From: Gammaproteobacteria bacterium
Lineage (GTDB): Bacteria; Pseudomonadota; Gammaproteobacteria; Magnimaribacterales; AG-339-G14
Assembly (NCBI GenBank): GCA_045564455.1
Contig: JBJLHG010000002.1
Span: 231,877-295,876 of the forward strand
Reading direction: 5' to 3'
DNA length: 64,000 bases
This document shows positions 26,877 to 36,926 of this stretch, one piece after another. A model generated the notes under the pieces. It was not told the DNA's origin, did not search any database, and was given only the letters and a program-made list of their open reading frames with translations. The first letter of the stretch is position 1, and each line of letters starts with the position of its first letter. The translations under genes and the position numbers were made by a program.

Positions 26877-27266
26877 TTACTGAACTTTAAAGACCATCTT
26901 TACTTGGACATCATTAACTTTCACAGATACTCCTTCATAAACAGGAGGCTCATATAAGTATTTTCTTATAGATTTCATTGCTGCTCTTTCAAACAAACCT
27001 GCAGGTTCACTCTCAACAACATAAGGGTCTATAACTGATCCATCAGTATCGATATCAAACTCAACAAGAACATAACCATCTTTAGCAAGTCTCAAGGCTT
27101 TCCTTGGAAATTTTGCCGGTTGAGAATAAATTCTTTTAACCTCTAATTCGACCTTATCATCTTCTCCAACGTAGCCTGATTCAGCAAAAGACGATGTTGT
27201 AAAAACTATAATTAGAGCGCTGAAAAGAATTGCTTCAATATTCATTTTCTTTAATAAACTTATCAT
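26877..27266 (-). CDS. Secreted stand-alone TonB C-terminal domain protein
   Basis: Start at ATG 27266, preceded by GGAGA. Signal peptide ...TTSSFA-ES, then YSQPAKFPRKALRLAKDGYVLVEFDIDTDGSV...YEPP (TonB_C). No proline-rich spacer. Confidence 0.7.
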   Translation of the reverse strand: MISLLKKMNIEAILFSALIIVFTTSSFAESGYVGEDDKVELEVKRIYSQPAKFPRKALRLAKDGYVLVEFDIDTDGSVIDPYVVESEPAGLFERAAMKSIRKYLYEPPVYEGVSVKVNDVQVKMVFKVQ

Positions 27267-27327
27267 TTGATCTCCTGGATAAAAAAACATTATAAATCGG
27301 ATGTATTTCCACGTAAAATCATTATTT

Positions 27328-27726
27328 ATGGACAGAGTAATAGGAGGCATGCTTTTAAATCAGAGATACTGGGATATTTTTTCAGTATCAGGAAATGATT
27401 CTGTCAAAAAAGCTTGCCAAATAATGGATGAGAAAAAGATAGGAGCACTGCTGGTACATTGTGATGAAACTGGCGACACTCAAGATTTAAAAGGGATTTT
27501 AACTGAAAGAGATATTGTAGAACTTATTTCTAGAAAAGACGTTGATATAGAAGATTTTAAAGTTCAAGACATAATGTCAGAAAATATAATTAGTATTACA
27601 TCGGCAGAAACTGCAGGGGATGCATTAAATCTCATGATTGAAAATCAAATTAGACACCTGGCCGTCATGGAAAATAAAAAATTAATAGGTGTTCTTTCTA
27701 TGAGAGACATTTTAAAGAAAAATTAA
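27328..27726 (+). CDS. CBS-pair domain protein
   Basis: Two CBS motifs (GALLV...GILTERDI; IRHLAVMENKKLIGVLSMRDIL). Start is ambiguous among 27301, 27328 and 27349. Confidence 0.75.
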   Translation: MDRVIGGMLLNQRYWDIFSVSGNDSVKKACQIMDEKKIGALLVHCDETGDTQDLKGILTERDIVELISRKDVDIEDFKVQDIMSENIISITSAETAGDALNLMIENQIRHLAVMENKKLIGVLSMRDILKKN

Positions 27727-29291
27727 AAATTTAATTCTTTATTATTTATTAAAGAAGGAGACGGACTTTTTAATTTATCAGGATAATCGCTAGTAAAATG
27801 CAGACCTCTACTCTCATGCCTTTGGCTAGCACTTTCTATTACAATCCTAGCAACTAAAACAAGATTTCTTAGCTCTATAAAGTCAGAGCTAATCTCATAA
27901 TTGCTATAAAAATCCTCTACCTCTTTGTGAATAAGTTTTATTTTTTCTTTTGCTTTTTTTAATCTATCGTTGCTTCTCACAACTCCAACATAATCCCACA
28001 TCAAACGTCTAGTAGCATCCCAATTATGAGATATGAGAACATTTTCTCCTGCAGTAATAACTTTTGAATTATCCCATTCAGGTAAATCATCTGTTAAACA
28101 AATAAAATTTTTTTTTATGTCTGAGGCCGCTGATTTAGCGAAAACTATGCACTCTAATAAAGAGTTACTTGCCATTCTATTAGCTCCATGAAGACCAGTA
28201 CAAGAAGTTTCTCCAATTACATATAATGAACTAATATTGGTTTTTCCATTCAAATCAGTTTTGACTCCACCGCAAGTATAGTGAGCTGCAGGGACTACAG
28301 GGATAGGTTCTTTGGTAATATCAAATCCAAACTCCATACATTTTTTATATATAGAAGGGAAAGATTTTTTAACTTGATCTCTTTCTTTGTGACTAATGTC
28401 TAAATAAACACAATCTTTACCAGTTTTCTTCATTTCTTCATCAATAGATCTTGATACAACATCTCTAGGAGCAAGTTCTTCTCGAGTGTCATAATTTTTC
28501 ATAAACTCTTCATTTTTGTGATTCACTAGTTTTGCTCCTTCACCTCTTAAAGCCTCACTAATTAAAAAAGATTTAGCTTTTGGGTGAAAAAGACAAGTTG
28601 GGTGAAACTGATTAAATTCCATATTTGATAATGTACAGCCAGCTCGCCAGGCAAGTGCAAAACCATCACCACTAGCGCCATCAGGATTGCTGGTGTAGAG
28701 ATAAATTTTACTAGCTCCACCTGTAGCAAGTATTGTGGAGCCAGCAGAGATTGTTATAACTTCTTCTTTTTCTTTATTAAAAACATAAGCTCCTTTGCAA
28801 ATTTCATCAGAAGTAATTAAATCCACCGCGAGATGATTTTCTAAAATTGTAATGTTTTTATTTTTTAGGACTTTTGCAGCAAGAGAATCAGAAACTTCGC
28901 GTCCTGTTGTGTCTGCTGCATGAATAACTCTCCGGTGTGAATGTCCTCCTTCCCGAGTTAGATGAAAGTCTTCGCCATTGTCATTTTTAGTAAAACTTAC
29001 ACCCGAATCAATTAACCACTTTATCGCTGATTTACCATTCTCAATACAAAATCTTACAGCTTTCTCGTCGCAAAGATCATCGCCAGCAATTAAAGTGTCT
29101 TTGATATGACTTTCAGTAGTGTCATCTTTAGCAAGAACTGCTGCAATTCCTCCTTGAGCATACCAAGTTGAACTATCTACAAAAGTTTCTTTAGATATCA
29201 ATATAACTCTGAAATCATTTGCTAATTCCAAAGCAGCAGTCAAACCTGCTGCGCCACTTCCAATGATTAGAACTTCGGTATTTATTTTCAT
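27723..29291 (-). CDS. nadB: L-aspartate oxidase
   Basis: VLIIGSGAAGL, AQGGIAA, HYTCGGV and RHESRGLHF. Start taken at MKINTEV (29291) rather than 29321. Confidence 0.95.
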   Translation of the reverse strand: MKINTEVLIIGSGAAGLTAALELANDFRVILISKETFVDSSTWYAQGGIAAVLAKDDTTESHIKDTLIAGDDLCDEKAVRFCIENGKSAIKWLIDSGVSFTKNDNGEDFHLTREGGHSHRRVIHAADTTGREVSDSLAAKVLKNKNITILENHLAVDLITSDEICKGAYVFNKEKEEVITISAGSTILATGGASKIYLYTSNPDGASGDGFALAWRAGCTLSNMEFNQFHPTCLFHPKAKSFLISEALRGEGAKLVNHKNEEFMKNYDTREELAPRDVVSRSIDEEMKKTGKDCVYLDISHKERDQVKKSFPSIYKKCMEFGFDITKEPIPVVPAAHYTCGGVKTDLNGKTNISSLYVIGETSCTGLHGANRMASNSLLECIVFAKSAASDIKKNFICLTDDLPEWDNSKVITAGENVLISHNWDATRRLMWDYVGVVRSNDRLKKAKEKIKLIHKEVEDFYSNYEISSDFIELRNLVLVARIVIESASQRHESRGLHFTSDYPDKLKSPSPSLINNKELNF

Positions 29292-29292
29292 T

Positions 29293-29502
29293 TTATACAA
29301 ATAGTCTGACGAGGAACCCAATTATCAAAATAGAGACCATAACTATTAGAAAATATTTAAAAAAAGGAGATCTTCTTTTATTCCAATTTATTCTATCTGT
29401 CCTATTTCTTTGTTTAGCTGATGCTCTTAGAGGTCCAAGAAGAAAAAAAACTCCTAGAGAAATGAATATTAAAAGTCCAAAAAATATAGTGTTAAAGTCC
29501 AC
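29293..29502 (-). CDS. Small two-TM membrane protein
   Basis: 69 aa, GTG start sharing one base with the upstream stop (TAGTG). Fills the gap between the BI-1-like gene and nadB exactly. Confidence 0.4.
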   Translation of the reverse strand: MDFNTIFFGLLIFISLGVFFLLGPLRASAKQRNRTDRINWNKRRSPFFKYFLIVMVSILIIGFLVRLFV

Positions 29503-30275
29503 TAGCGACTTCTTAATTTAGATAGAAGTCTTAACATTTCTAAATATAACCAGATTAAAGTTACCATAAGAGAGAATGCTCCGAACCACTCCATATACTT
29601 AGGTGCGCCTTGTTCGGCACCTTGTTCAATGAAATCAAAATCAAGAACTAAATTCAATGCCGCAATAGCTACAACAAAAAGACTAAAACCAATTCCAAAA
29701 AGTCCATTTGAATGAATAAAGCCAATACTAGAACCAAACATATTCATTACCATACTGACAACATATAAGAGGCCAATTCCCATAGTTGCTGAAACAATCA
29801 TCAATCTGAAGTTTTCTGTAGGCTTTATAACTCCTGTTTTGTACAAAACAAGTAACGAGGCTAGTGTTCCTAAGGTTAAACCTACTGCTTGAATAACTAT
29901 TCCAGGAAATTGAAGTTCAAATATTGCAGATATTGCTCCTAAAAATAATCCCTGAGAAAGTGCATATAAAGGAGCTGTAATTGGAGCCCAGGTTTTTTTA
30001 AAAATTGTAGCTAATGCAAATACGAATCCAAAAATTGCTCCACCTATTGCAATTGGCATGACTGTTTCTGGCAAGCCAGTAGAAAAAAACTGGTTCCAGG
30101 TATAAGAAGCAGTTAAGACAACAAGAAAAAGTAATATTCCTGTTTTATTCACCGTACCTTGCAGACTCATTGTATTTCCAGATAAAGCATCTGGGGTAAA
30201 GTTTGAAAATGTAGCGTCGTTCATCGAAGGATTTCCTGATCTTCCGAACATTTTTAATGCGTTGTGTTTTGACAT
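29502..30275 (-). CDS. Bax inhibitor-1/YccA-like membrane protein
   Basis: The N-terminus FGRSGNPSMND followed by 7 TM segments is typical of the BaxI_1 family. Confidence 0.7.
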   Translation of the reverse strand: MSKHNALKMFGRSGNPSMNDATFSNFTPDALSGNTMSLQGTVNKTGILLFLVVLTASYTWNQFFSTGLPETVMPIAIGGAIFGFVFALATIFKKTWAPITAPLYALSQGLFLGAISAIFELQFPGIVIQAVGLTLGTLASLLVLYKTGVIKPTENFRLMIVSATMGIGLLYVVSMVMNMFGSSIGFIHSNGLFGIGFSLFVVAIAALNLVLDFDFIEQGAEQGAPKYMEWFGAFSLMVTLIWLYLEMLRLLSKLRSR

Positions 30276-30332
30276 AATTTGCTCTAGTTTTAGTTGTTTA
30301 AATATTATTTTATATCAAGTTATTAAAAATAA

Positions 30333-30926
30333 TTAAGGTATTAGCCAATTACTATCAAGATTTCCATTTGACCAGTCAAAAGAAGATCTTCTATGGCCGG
30401 AGCCTTTTAGATATAAAAATTCTAAATAATCAAATTCAAAGATAATTACAGAAAAATTTTTATAACCCTCTTCTATTTCTGTTTCTTCTTTAACTATATC
30501 GAATTCATCTGGAATAGAAATTTTCTCTCCAGGTGCGCCTTTTACCGAATAGCACATTTTTGACATTTCTCTTGATTGATTCCAAGCATTTTTTGTTATC
30601 TCATTATCATGATGAATTGATGAAGAACCAGTTAATCTGATCTGAATCTTTAAAGAAGGGTCATAACCATGAATAGTTGAAATAGACTTTTTGTCTATTT
30701 GATTTATTTTTCTTGAACGACTATCTGTATGAAATCTTAAAATTCTTTTTTCTTTCTCAAACTCTCTCAAAACTACTGTTCTTGAAGATATTTTATTATC
30801 TTCTAATGTTGATAAGGTGGGTGTGTGAAACAAAGATTTGCTATCATCGACAGCACTTGAAAATATATTCTCAGCTTCTGATAGAGTTAAATCTAAAGAG
30901 TTATAAAAGTTTGCTTTTTCGGTCAC
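30333..30926 (-). CDS. Pyridoxamine 5'-phosphate oxidase-like FMN-binding protein
   Basis: TLSTL..ISSRTVVLREF......LRFHTDSRSRK pattern of the PNPOx-like fold. Confidence 0.55.
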   Translation of the reverse strand: MTEKANFYNSLDLTLSEAENIFSSAVDDSKSLFHTPTLSTLEDNKISSRTVVLREFEKEKRILRFHTDSRSRKINQIDKKSISTIHGYDPSLKIQIRLTGSSSIHHDNEITKNAWNQSREMSKMCYSVKGAPGEKISIPDEFDIVKEETEIEEGYKNFSVIIFEFDYLEFLYLKGSGHRRSSFDWSNGNLDSNWLIP

Positions 30927-30968
30927 GTTATTTATTTCAATTAATATATCTAGCTTAAACTACTAATA

Positions 30969-33137
30969 ATGGATATCTCATATATTTTAGACGATTTAAA
31001 CCCTATTCAACGTGAAGCAGTCACAGAAGAATTACCTTATTCCTTAGTATTGGCTGGCGCTGGATCAGGAAAGACTAAAGTGATCACTCATAAAGTTGCT
31101 TGGCTGTGCAAGGTTAAAGAAATAAATCCTCTGTCTTTAATGACCGTCACATTTACAAACAAAGCAGCAAAGGAAATGAGGGGAAGAATCGAATCAATTT
31201 TAGGCGAGCAACTTAATCAAATGTGGTGTGGAACTTTCCATGGATTATTTCATAGGATGTTGAAAATGCATTGGCAAGAAGCTGGCTTAGCTAAGTCTTT
31301 TTCAATTTTAGATGGTGATGACCAAAATAGAGTTATCAAAAGAGTCATAAAAAGAATGAATTTAGATGAAGCCACATGGCAACCTAGACAGACTCAATGG
31401 TTTATAAATAAACAAAAAGATGAAGGTAGAAGAATTGCCAAATTACCTAACAAAGCAACTTATGTTGAAGAAAAAATGGCTGATATTTATTTAGAGTATC
31501 AAAAAACCTGTGAAGAAGAAGGAGTCGTAGATTTTGCCGAAATTTTACTTCGTTGCCATGAGATGCTGACAAAAAATCCTGAGCTATTGAGCCACTATCA
31601 AAAACGCTTTCAACATATTTTAGTTGATGAGTTTCAAGACACTAATGAAATCCAATATCTTTTATTGAAGCAATTAGTCGGAAAAGAAGGTGAGATGACT
31701 GTGGTTGGAGACGATGACCAGTCAATATATAGCTGGCGTGGAGCAAAAAGTTCAAACATTAATAGGTTTATTAAAGACTTTAAAGAAGTTAAAACTTTAA
31801 AACTTGAACAAAACTATCGATCTACAACGAATATTTTATCAGCTGCAAATGCTGTAATTAGAAATAATCCAGAACGATTAGGAAAAGAGCTATGGACTGA
31901 AAAAGAAGAAGGAGAGTTAGTAAAAATATATAGAGCTTTTAATGAAAGAGATGAAGCTAAATTTATAGTAGATATTATTAAAAGCTGGTTAGACGAAGGT
32001 AGAAATTTGTCTGAATGTGCAATTATTTATCGATCTAACGCACAATCAAGAATATTAGAGGATTCAATTCTTAGGGCAGATTTGCCTTATAGAATATATG
32101 GCGGAGTACGATTTTATGAAAGGTTAGAAATTAAAAATGCTTTGGCTTATGCAAAATTGGCAATAGATCATGAAAATGATACTGCTTTTGAAAGAATTAT
32201 AAATGTTCCAACTAGAGGCGTCGGCGCTAAAACTATGGACCAAATTAGAGAAATTGCTAGAGAAGAAAATTCTTCTCTATGGATTGCAGCAAAAACTTTT
32301 GCCGATTCAGCTGGACCTAAAATTGCTAACTCCTTAAAAACATTTTTTAAATTAATTGAAAACTTCTCAGAAAGTGCTGCCAAAAAAGAAATAGAAGAAT
32401 TTTTTGAAAATTTAATTGAAAGCTCTAATTTAAAAAACTTTCATGGGAAAGAACCTGGAGAAAAAGGAAGGTCCAGAGTAGAAAATTTAGAAGAACTTGT
32501 TTCGGCCGCCGCAGGCTTTTTCTCTATTGGTGAAGATGCCGATGATGAAAGATCCCAATTGGAACTATTTTTAGACCAAGCTTCGTTGGATGCTGGAGAA
32601 AACCAAGCAGAAGAAAATGAAGACGCTATTCAAATGATGACTCTTCATTCTTCAAAAGGGCTGGAGTATGCTTTAGTTTTTATTGCAGGTTGTGAAGAAG
32701 GATTATTTCCCCACAAAAGATCGGCTGAAGATCCTAGGCAGCTAGCAGAAGAAAGAAGGCTATGTTACGTAGGAATGACAAGGGCAATGGAGAGACTTTA
32801 TTTAACATATGCCGAGGTTAGAAACGTTTATGGAGTTGATGGATTTAGTCCAGCTTCAAGATTTTTAAAAGAAATACCTGAAGAGTTTAAATATGAAATT
32901 AGAATGGCATCTGAAAATATTAGCAAATCAAAAAGTTTTTCTCCTAAAATAGTAGGTGGAACAGATCATAAAGTTGGAGGATTCTCTTTAGGCGACAGAG
33001 TCGGCCATCCATCTTTTGGAGAAGGGGTAATTTTAAATTACGAAGGTGATGGATCTAATGCAAGGGTTCAAGTAAATTTCGATCAAGAGGGCACTAAATG
33101 GCTAGTTTTAAGTTTTGCAAAGCTAAACAAAATATAA
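30969..33137 (+). CDS. uvrD: DNA helicase II
   Basis: LNPIQREAV, AGAGSGKT, DEFQDTN, VGDDDQSIYSWRGA, QNYRST, MTLHSSKGLEY and VGMTRA. Confidence 0.95.
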   Translation: MDISYILDDLNPIQREAVTEELPYSLVLAGAGSGKTKVITHKVAWLCKVKEINPLSLMTVTFTNKAAKEMRGRIESILGEQLNQMWCGTFHGLFHRMLKMHWQEAGLAKSFSILDGDDQNRVIKRVIKRMNLDEATWQPRQTQWFINKQKDEGRRIAKLPNKATYVEEKMADIYLEYQKTCEEEGVVDFAEILLRCHEMLTKNPELLSHYQKRFQHILVDEFQDTNEIQYLLLKQLVGKEGEMTVVGDDDQSIYSWRGAKSSNINRFIKDFKEVKTLKLEQNYRSTTNILSAANAVIRNNPERLGKELWTEKEEGELVKIYRAFNERDEAKFIVDIIKSWLDEGRNLSECAIIYRSNAQSRILEDSILRADLPYRIYGGVRFYERLEIKNALAYAKLAIDHENDTAFERIINVPTRGVGAKTMDQIREIAREENSSLWIAAKTFADSAGPKIANSLKTFFKLIENFSESAAKKEIEEFFENLIESSNLKNFHGKEPGEKGRSRVENLEELVSAAAGFFSIGEDADDERSQLELFLDQASLDAGENQAEENEDAIQMMTLHSSKGLEYALVFIAGCEEGLFPHKRSAEDPRQLAEERRLCYVGMTRAMERLYLTYAEVRNVYGVDGFSPASRFLKEIPEEFKYEIRMASENISKSKSFSPKIVGGTDHKVGGFSLGDRVGHPSFGEGVILNYEGDGSNARVQVNFDQEGTKWLVLSFAKLNKI

Positions 33138-34198
33138 TAATTTTTTTATTAAGTATTTTTTTACTTTCCTGTTCATCAGAGGAGATATCAAGCTCTTCCT
33201 CTTCAGCAAAAGAATCATACAAATGGCGAATGGTCACTACTTGGCCAAAAAACTATCCTGGCGTTGGGTTTGCAGCTGAAAATATTTCCAAATTAGTAGA
33301 TGAGATGAGTGGTGGACGTCTACAAATTAAAGTTTTTGGAAATGGTGAGCTCGTTCCAGCAATGGAAGTTTTTGATACTGTCTCTAGAGGTAGTGTTGAA
33401 ATGGGACACGGTGCAGCTTATTATTGGATTGGAAAAGTTCCCGCCGCACAATTTTTTACTGCCATTCCTTTTGGATTAAATGCTCAAGAAATGAATGCCT
33501 GGCTTCATTACGGTGGTGGACTAGAGCTTTGGCAGGAGCTTTACGAGCCATTCAATATAATCCCAATGGCAGGAGGAAATACTGGTGTTCAAATGGCGGG
33601 TTGGTTTAATAAAGAGATAAAATCTTTAGAGGATTTAAAAGGTATTAGAATGAGAATTCCAGGGATGGCTGGAGAGGTATTCACTAGAGCTGGAGGAGAA
33701 GCAGTATTAATGCCAGGGAGTGAAATTTTTACTAATCTTCAAACCGGCGTGATCGATGCAGCTGAATGGATAGGACCTTACAATGATTTAACCTTTGGTT
33801 TTCACCAAGCAGCTAAATATTATTATTATCCGGGATGGCACGAACCAGGACCAACGCTTGAAACCTTAGTTAATAAAGAAGCTTTCAATTCTCTGCCAAA
33901 AGATCTTCAAGCTATACTGATCACAGCTTCAAGAGCAGTAAATCAAGATATGCTTGATGAATATACAGCAAGAAATAATCAAGCATTAATATCTTTAGTA
34001 AATGATCATGGAGTAAAGTTAAAAAAATTACCTAATGACGTTTTAATTGAATTCAAAAAAATTACTAAAGAGCTTTTATTAGAAATGACTGAAAAAGATG
34101 AAGCTTCGAGTAAGATTTATAAATCTTTATCTGAGTTTCAAAAAAATGTTTCTCAGTTCCATGAGATTTCTGAACAAGCTATTTATGATCTTCGTTAA
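33098..34198 (+). CDS. TRAP transporter substrate-binding protein (DctP family), predicted lipoprotein
   Basis: Lipobox FLLSC, YKWRMVTTWPKNYPG, and colinear DctP-type fold. The only canonical start (ATG 33098) overlaps uvrD by 40 nt. Confidence 0.85.
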   Translation: MASFKFCKAKQNIIIFLLSIFLLSCSSEEISSSSSSAKESYKWRMVTTWPKNYPGVGFAAENISKLVDEMSGGRLQIKVFGNGELVPAMEVFDTVSRGSVEMGHGAAYYWIGKVPAAQFFTAIPFGLNAQEMNAWLHYGGGLELWQELYEPFNIIPMAGGNTGVQMAGWFNKEIKSLEDLKGIRMRIPGMAGEVFTRAGGEAVLMPGSEIFTNLQTGVIDAAEWIGPYNDLTFGFHQAAKYYYYPGWHEPGPTLETLVNKEAFNSLPKDLQAILITASRAVNQDMLDEYTARNNQALISLVNDHGVKLKKLPNDVLIEFKKITKELLLEMTEKDEASSKIYKSLSEFQKNVSQFHEISEQAIYDLR

Positions 34199-34479
34199 TT
34201 AATTTTCTTTATTATCCAAAATCCAATTGAAGTTGAAATAATAAATCGTAAAGAGAATAAAAGAGAGGCGGGTAAAGATAACCACCAAAGAAAATATATA
34301 TTTAGGATTTCATTTAACGAACCGAACCATTGGAAAAGATCGAGAGCAACTTGCCAATATTCTAAAAAATAATTTTCAACACTTATGGGACTGACAAACA
34401 AACTGTGTATGAAAAACAGAACCAGATAAAAATCTCCCCAAATTAGAAAATAACCCAAACCTCTTAAAAAGCTATGCAT
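34195..34479 (-). CDS. Hypothetical small membrane protein
   Basis: 94 aa, 3 TM segments. Its start overlaps the stop of the upstream dipeptidase gene by 8 nt. Confidence 0.4.
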   Translation of the reverse strand: MHSFLRGLGYFLIWGDFYLVLFFIHSLFVSPISVENYFLEYWQVALDLFQWFGSLNEILNIYFLWWLSLPASLLFSLRFIISTSIGFWIIKKIN

Positions 34480-35554
34480 CTGCCAGATTTTTTACTTCTT
34501 TCCATACTCTTAAAATGTTTCCGTTTAGTATCTTTTGTAAGTCCTCTTTTGAATAACCTCTATTCAATAATTCCTCAATCAAATTTGGAAATTTAGAAAC
34601 ATCATTTAAATCATCAGGCAAAGGTACTTCACCATCAAAATCAGATCCAAGTCCTACATGATCAATACCCACAAGATCTTTTACTCTATCTATATGATCA
34701 GCAACATTTTTTACAGAAACTTTAATATTTGGATTTGCTTTTCGATCAGCAACGAAATCAGATCCAAAACAAATTTGAATCACGCCATTATTTTTTGCTA
34801 ATGCAATAAGCATCTCATCAGACACATTTCTTTCCCATCCTGGAGTGAAATGACGAAGAGAAGAGTGCGTGGCAACAACCGGAGCTTTGCTAAACTCGAG
34901 AACCTGCATAAAAGCAGCATCCGAGACATGAGAAATATCAATCATCATGCCTTGTTTATTCATTTCCTCAATGACTTTAAAACCAAACGGACTGAGGCCT
35001 TTCCATCTTTTATTTTCATCATATGACGAATCAGAAATATGATTGCTTCTTGAATGCGCCAGAGTTATATAATTAACACCTTTATCAGCAAAATATTTAA
35101 TATTTTCTAATTTTCCTTCAATGGGCGCTCCATTTTCTATGCCATAAGCAATACCAACTATGTCTTTTTGTTTTAATTTTTCCATTTGGTAGGGACTATT
35201 GATAAAAATAAATTTATCAGGATTTTGATCAATAATATTATTCATCATTTTTATTAAGTTGTTGGCTAACTCAAATGATGTTCCTTCTTCCTCAGTTCTG
35301 GCAGGGATATAAATAGAAAAAAAAGGTAGATTAAGTCCTCCTTCTAAAGCTCTTGGATAATCAAAATGAAATGTAGTTAATTCTGTGATGTCTTCGCTAA
35401 AGCCATCATTACTTTTTTGTCTGTAAAGTTGGAAGGGAATATCAATATGAGTATCAATGATCAGAAGTTCTTGACTCAAAGCTTTTGCTTTATCTAATGA
35501 ATTATTAGAACAAGATATAAAAATAAGACTTGCCAACAAAAAAATTTTTTTCAT
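34472..35554 (-). CDS. Membrane dipeptidase (peptidase family M19), predicted lipoprotein
   Basis: Signal/lipobox-like LIFISCS, IDTHIDIP, ATHSSLRHF and GLGSDFDG. Confidence 0.9.
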   Translation of the reverse strand: MKKIFLLASLIFISCSNNSLDKAKALSQELLIIDTHIDIPFQLYRQKSNDGFSEDITELTTFHFDYPRALEGGLNLPFFSIYIPARTEEEGTSFELANNLIKMMNNIIDQNPDKFIFINSPYQMEKLKQKDIVGIAYGIENGAPIEGKLENIKYFADKGVNYITLAHSRSNHISDSSYDENKRWKGLSPFGFKVIEEMNKQGMMIDISHVSDAAFMQVLEFSKAPVVATHSSLRHFTPGWERNVSDEMLIALAKNNGVIQICFGSDFVADRKANPNIKVSVKNVADHIDRVKDLVGIDHVGLGSDFDGEVPLPDDLNDVSKFPNLIEELLNRGYSKEDLQKILNGNILRVWKEVKNLADA

Positions 35555-35558
35555 GAAA

Positions 35559-36926
35559 TTAATATACTACAGAAGGTAACAGCGTTGCTAATACTGGAAA
35601 GTAAGCTACTAAACACAAAACTAGAATCTGAATAAGAATAAATGGGATCACTCCTTTATATATAGTTTCTGTTTTTATTGACTCAGGAGTCACTCCTCTT
35701 AAGTAGAATAAAGCAAATCCAAATGGAGGAGTTAAAAAAGAAGTTTGCAAATTTATTGCAAGCATAATTCCCAACCACAAAGGATCAGCTCCCATGGCTA
35801 TTAGAATCGGTCCTACTATTGGAATAACAACAAAGCTTATTTCAATAAAGTCTAAAATAAATCCAAGTAAGAAAACTAAAATCATAACGATTAGCATCGC
35901 TCCAAAAAGTCCTCCAGGAATAGCATTGAAAATGCTATTAATTAATTCTTCACCGCCGTAACCTCTAAAAACTAAAGAAAAAATAGATGCCCCTATTAAA
36001 ATCATAAAAACCATAGAAGTTATAAATGCTGTTTGAGTGACAGCGCTCGATAAAACTTGAATAGAAAGTTTGCCGTGGAAAAAAGTTATAACTAAAGCCC
36101 CCATGGCACCTATCCCAGCTGCCTCTGTAGGAGAGGCTATTCCTAAAATAATTGATCCTAGAACAGAAAAAATAAGTAAAAAGGGCGGCAGCAAAATACC
36201 TATTAAGTTTATTAAAGATTGGTCGGATTTTATTTCTTCTTTGAATTCAGAGATGTCAGTATTTGATACAGAGAATACAAAATATAAGGCATAGGCAAAA
36301 ACTAAAATTAGCCCAGGTATTATTGCCGCCATGAACAAGTCACCAACTGAAAAAGATTTGGCTGCAAAATTTCCCATACTTAATTGAGCCTGTTGATAAG
36401 CTGTAGCTAAAACATCTCCAAGAATAACCAGCGCAATAGATGGTGGGATTATTTGTCCCAGAGTACCAGTTGCTGCTATTAAACCAGTGGAAACCTCTTC
36501 GGAATAGCCTCTATTAAGCATTGCTGGCAAAGATATTAAACCCATAGCAATTACTGTCGCTCCCACTATTCCTGTACTTGCAGCCAATAAAGCTCCAACG
36601 ATGACTACAGATAAACCAAGCCCGCTTTTAAGCTTCCCAAAAAACAAAGACATTGATTCTAAAAGTCTTTCGGCTATCTTTGATCTTTCTAATACAACAC
36701 CCATAAAGACAAATAATGGAACCGCTACTAAAGTAGCGTTATTCATAATTCCGAAAATACGATTAGGAATTGTTTCTAAAAGATATAAATCAAATACGCC
36801 AGCTAAATAACCTAGGCCAGCAAAAATTAAAGATACACCGCCCAATGTAAAGGCAACTGGAAAACCTAAAAGTAAAGCAGCACAAACTACAAAGAATAAT
36901 ATGAGAGGTAAGAATTCAATCATCAC
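35559..36926 (-). CDS. dctM: TRAP transporter large permease subunit
   Basis: 455 aa with about 12 TM segments and a DctM-type sequence. Overlaps dctQ. Confidence 0.9.
   Translation of the reverse strand: MMIEFLPLILFFVVCAALLLGFPVAFTLGGVSLIFAGLGYLAGVFDLYLLETIPNRIFGIMNNATLVAVPLFVFMGVVLERSKIAERLLESMSLFFGKLKSGLGLSVVIVGALLAASTGIVGATVIAMGLISLPAMLNRGYSEEVSTGLIAATGTLGQIIPPSIALVILGDVLATAYQQAQLSMGNFAAKSFSVGDLFMAAIIPGLILVFAYALYFVFSVSNTDISEFKEEIKSDQSLINLIGILLPPFLLIFSVLGSIILGIASPTEAAGIGAMGALVITFFHGKLSIQVLSSAVTQTAFITSMVFMILIGASIFSLVFRGYGGEELINSIFNAIPGGLFGAMLIVMILVFLLGFILDFIEISFVVIPIVGPILIAMGADPLWLGIMLAINLQTSFLTPPFGFALFYLRGVTPESIKTETIYKGVIPFILIQILVLCLVAYFPVLATLLPSVVY

Noticed and set aside
27267-27350. The N-terminal extension of the TonB_C protein in the track (MPPITLSINNDFTWKYIRFIMFFYPGDQ). 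A similar extension of the VOC protein lies at 5250-5315.
   Set aside because: The internal ATG at 27266 is preceded by GGAGA, and both internal ATGs (27266 and 5249) give sensible N-termini: a signal peptide in one case and MRIRQL in the other. The extensions would run into the divergent neighbours' promoter regions.
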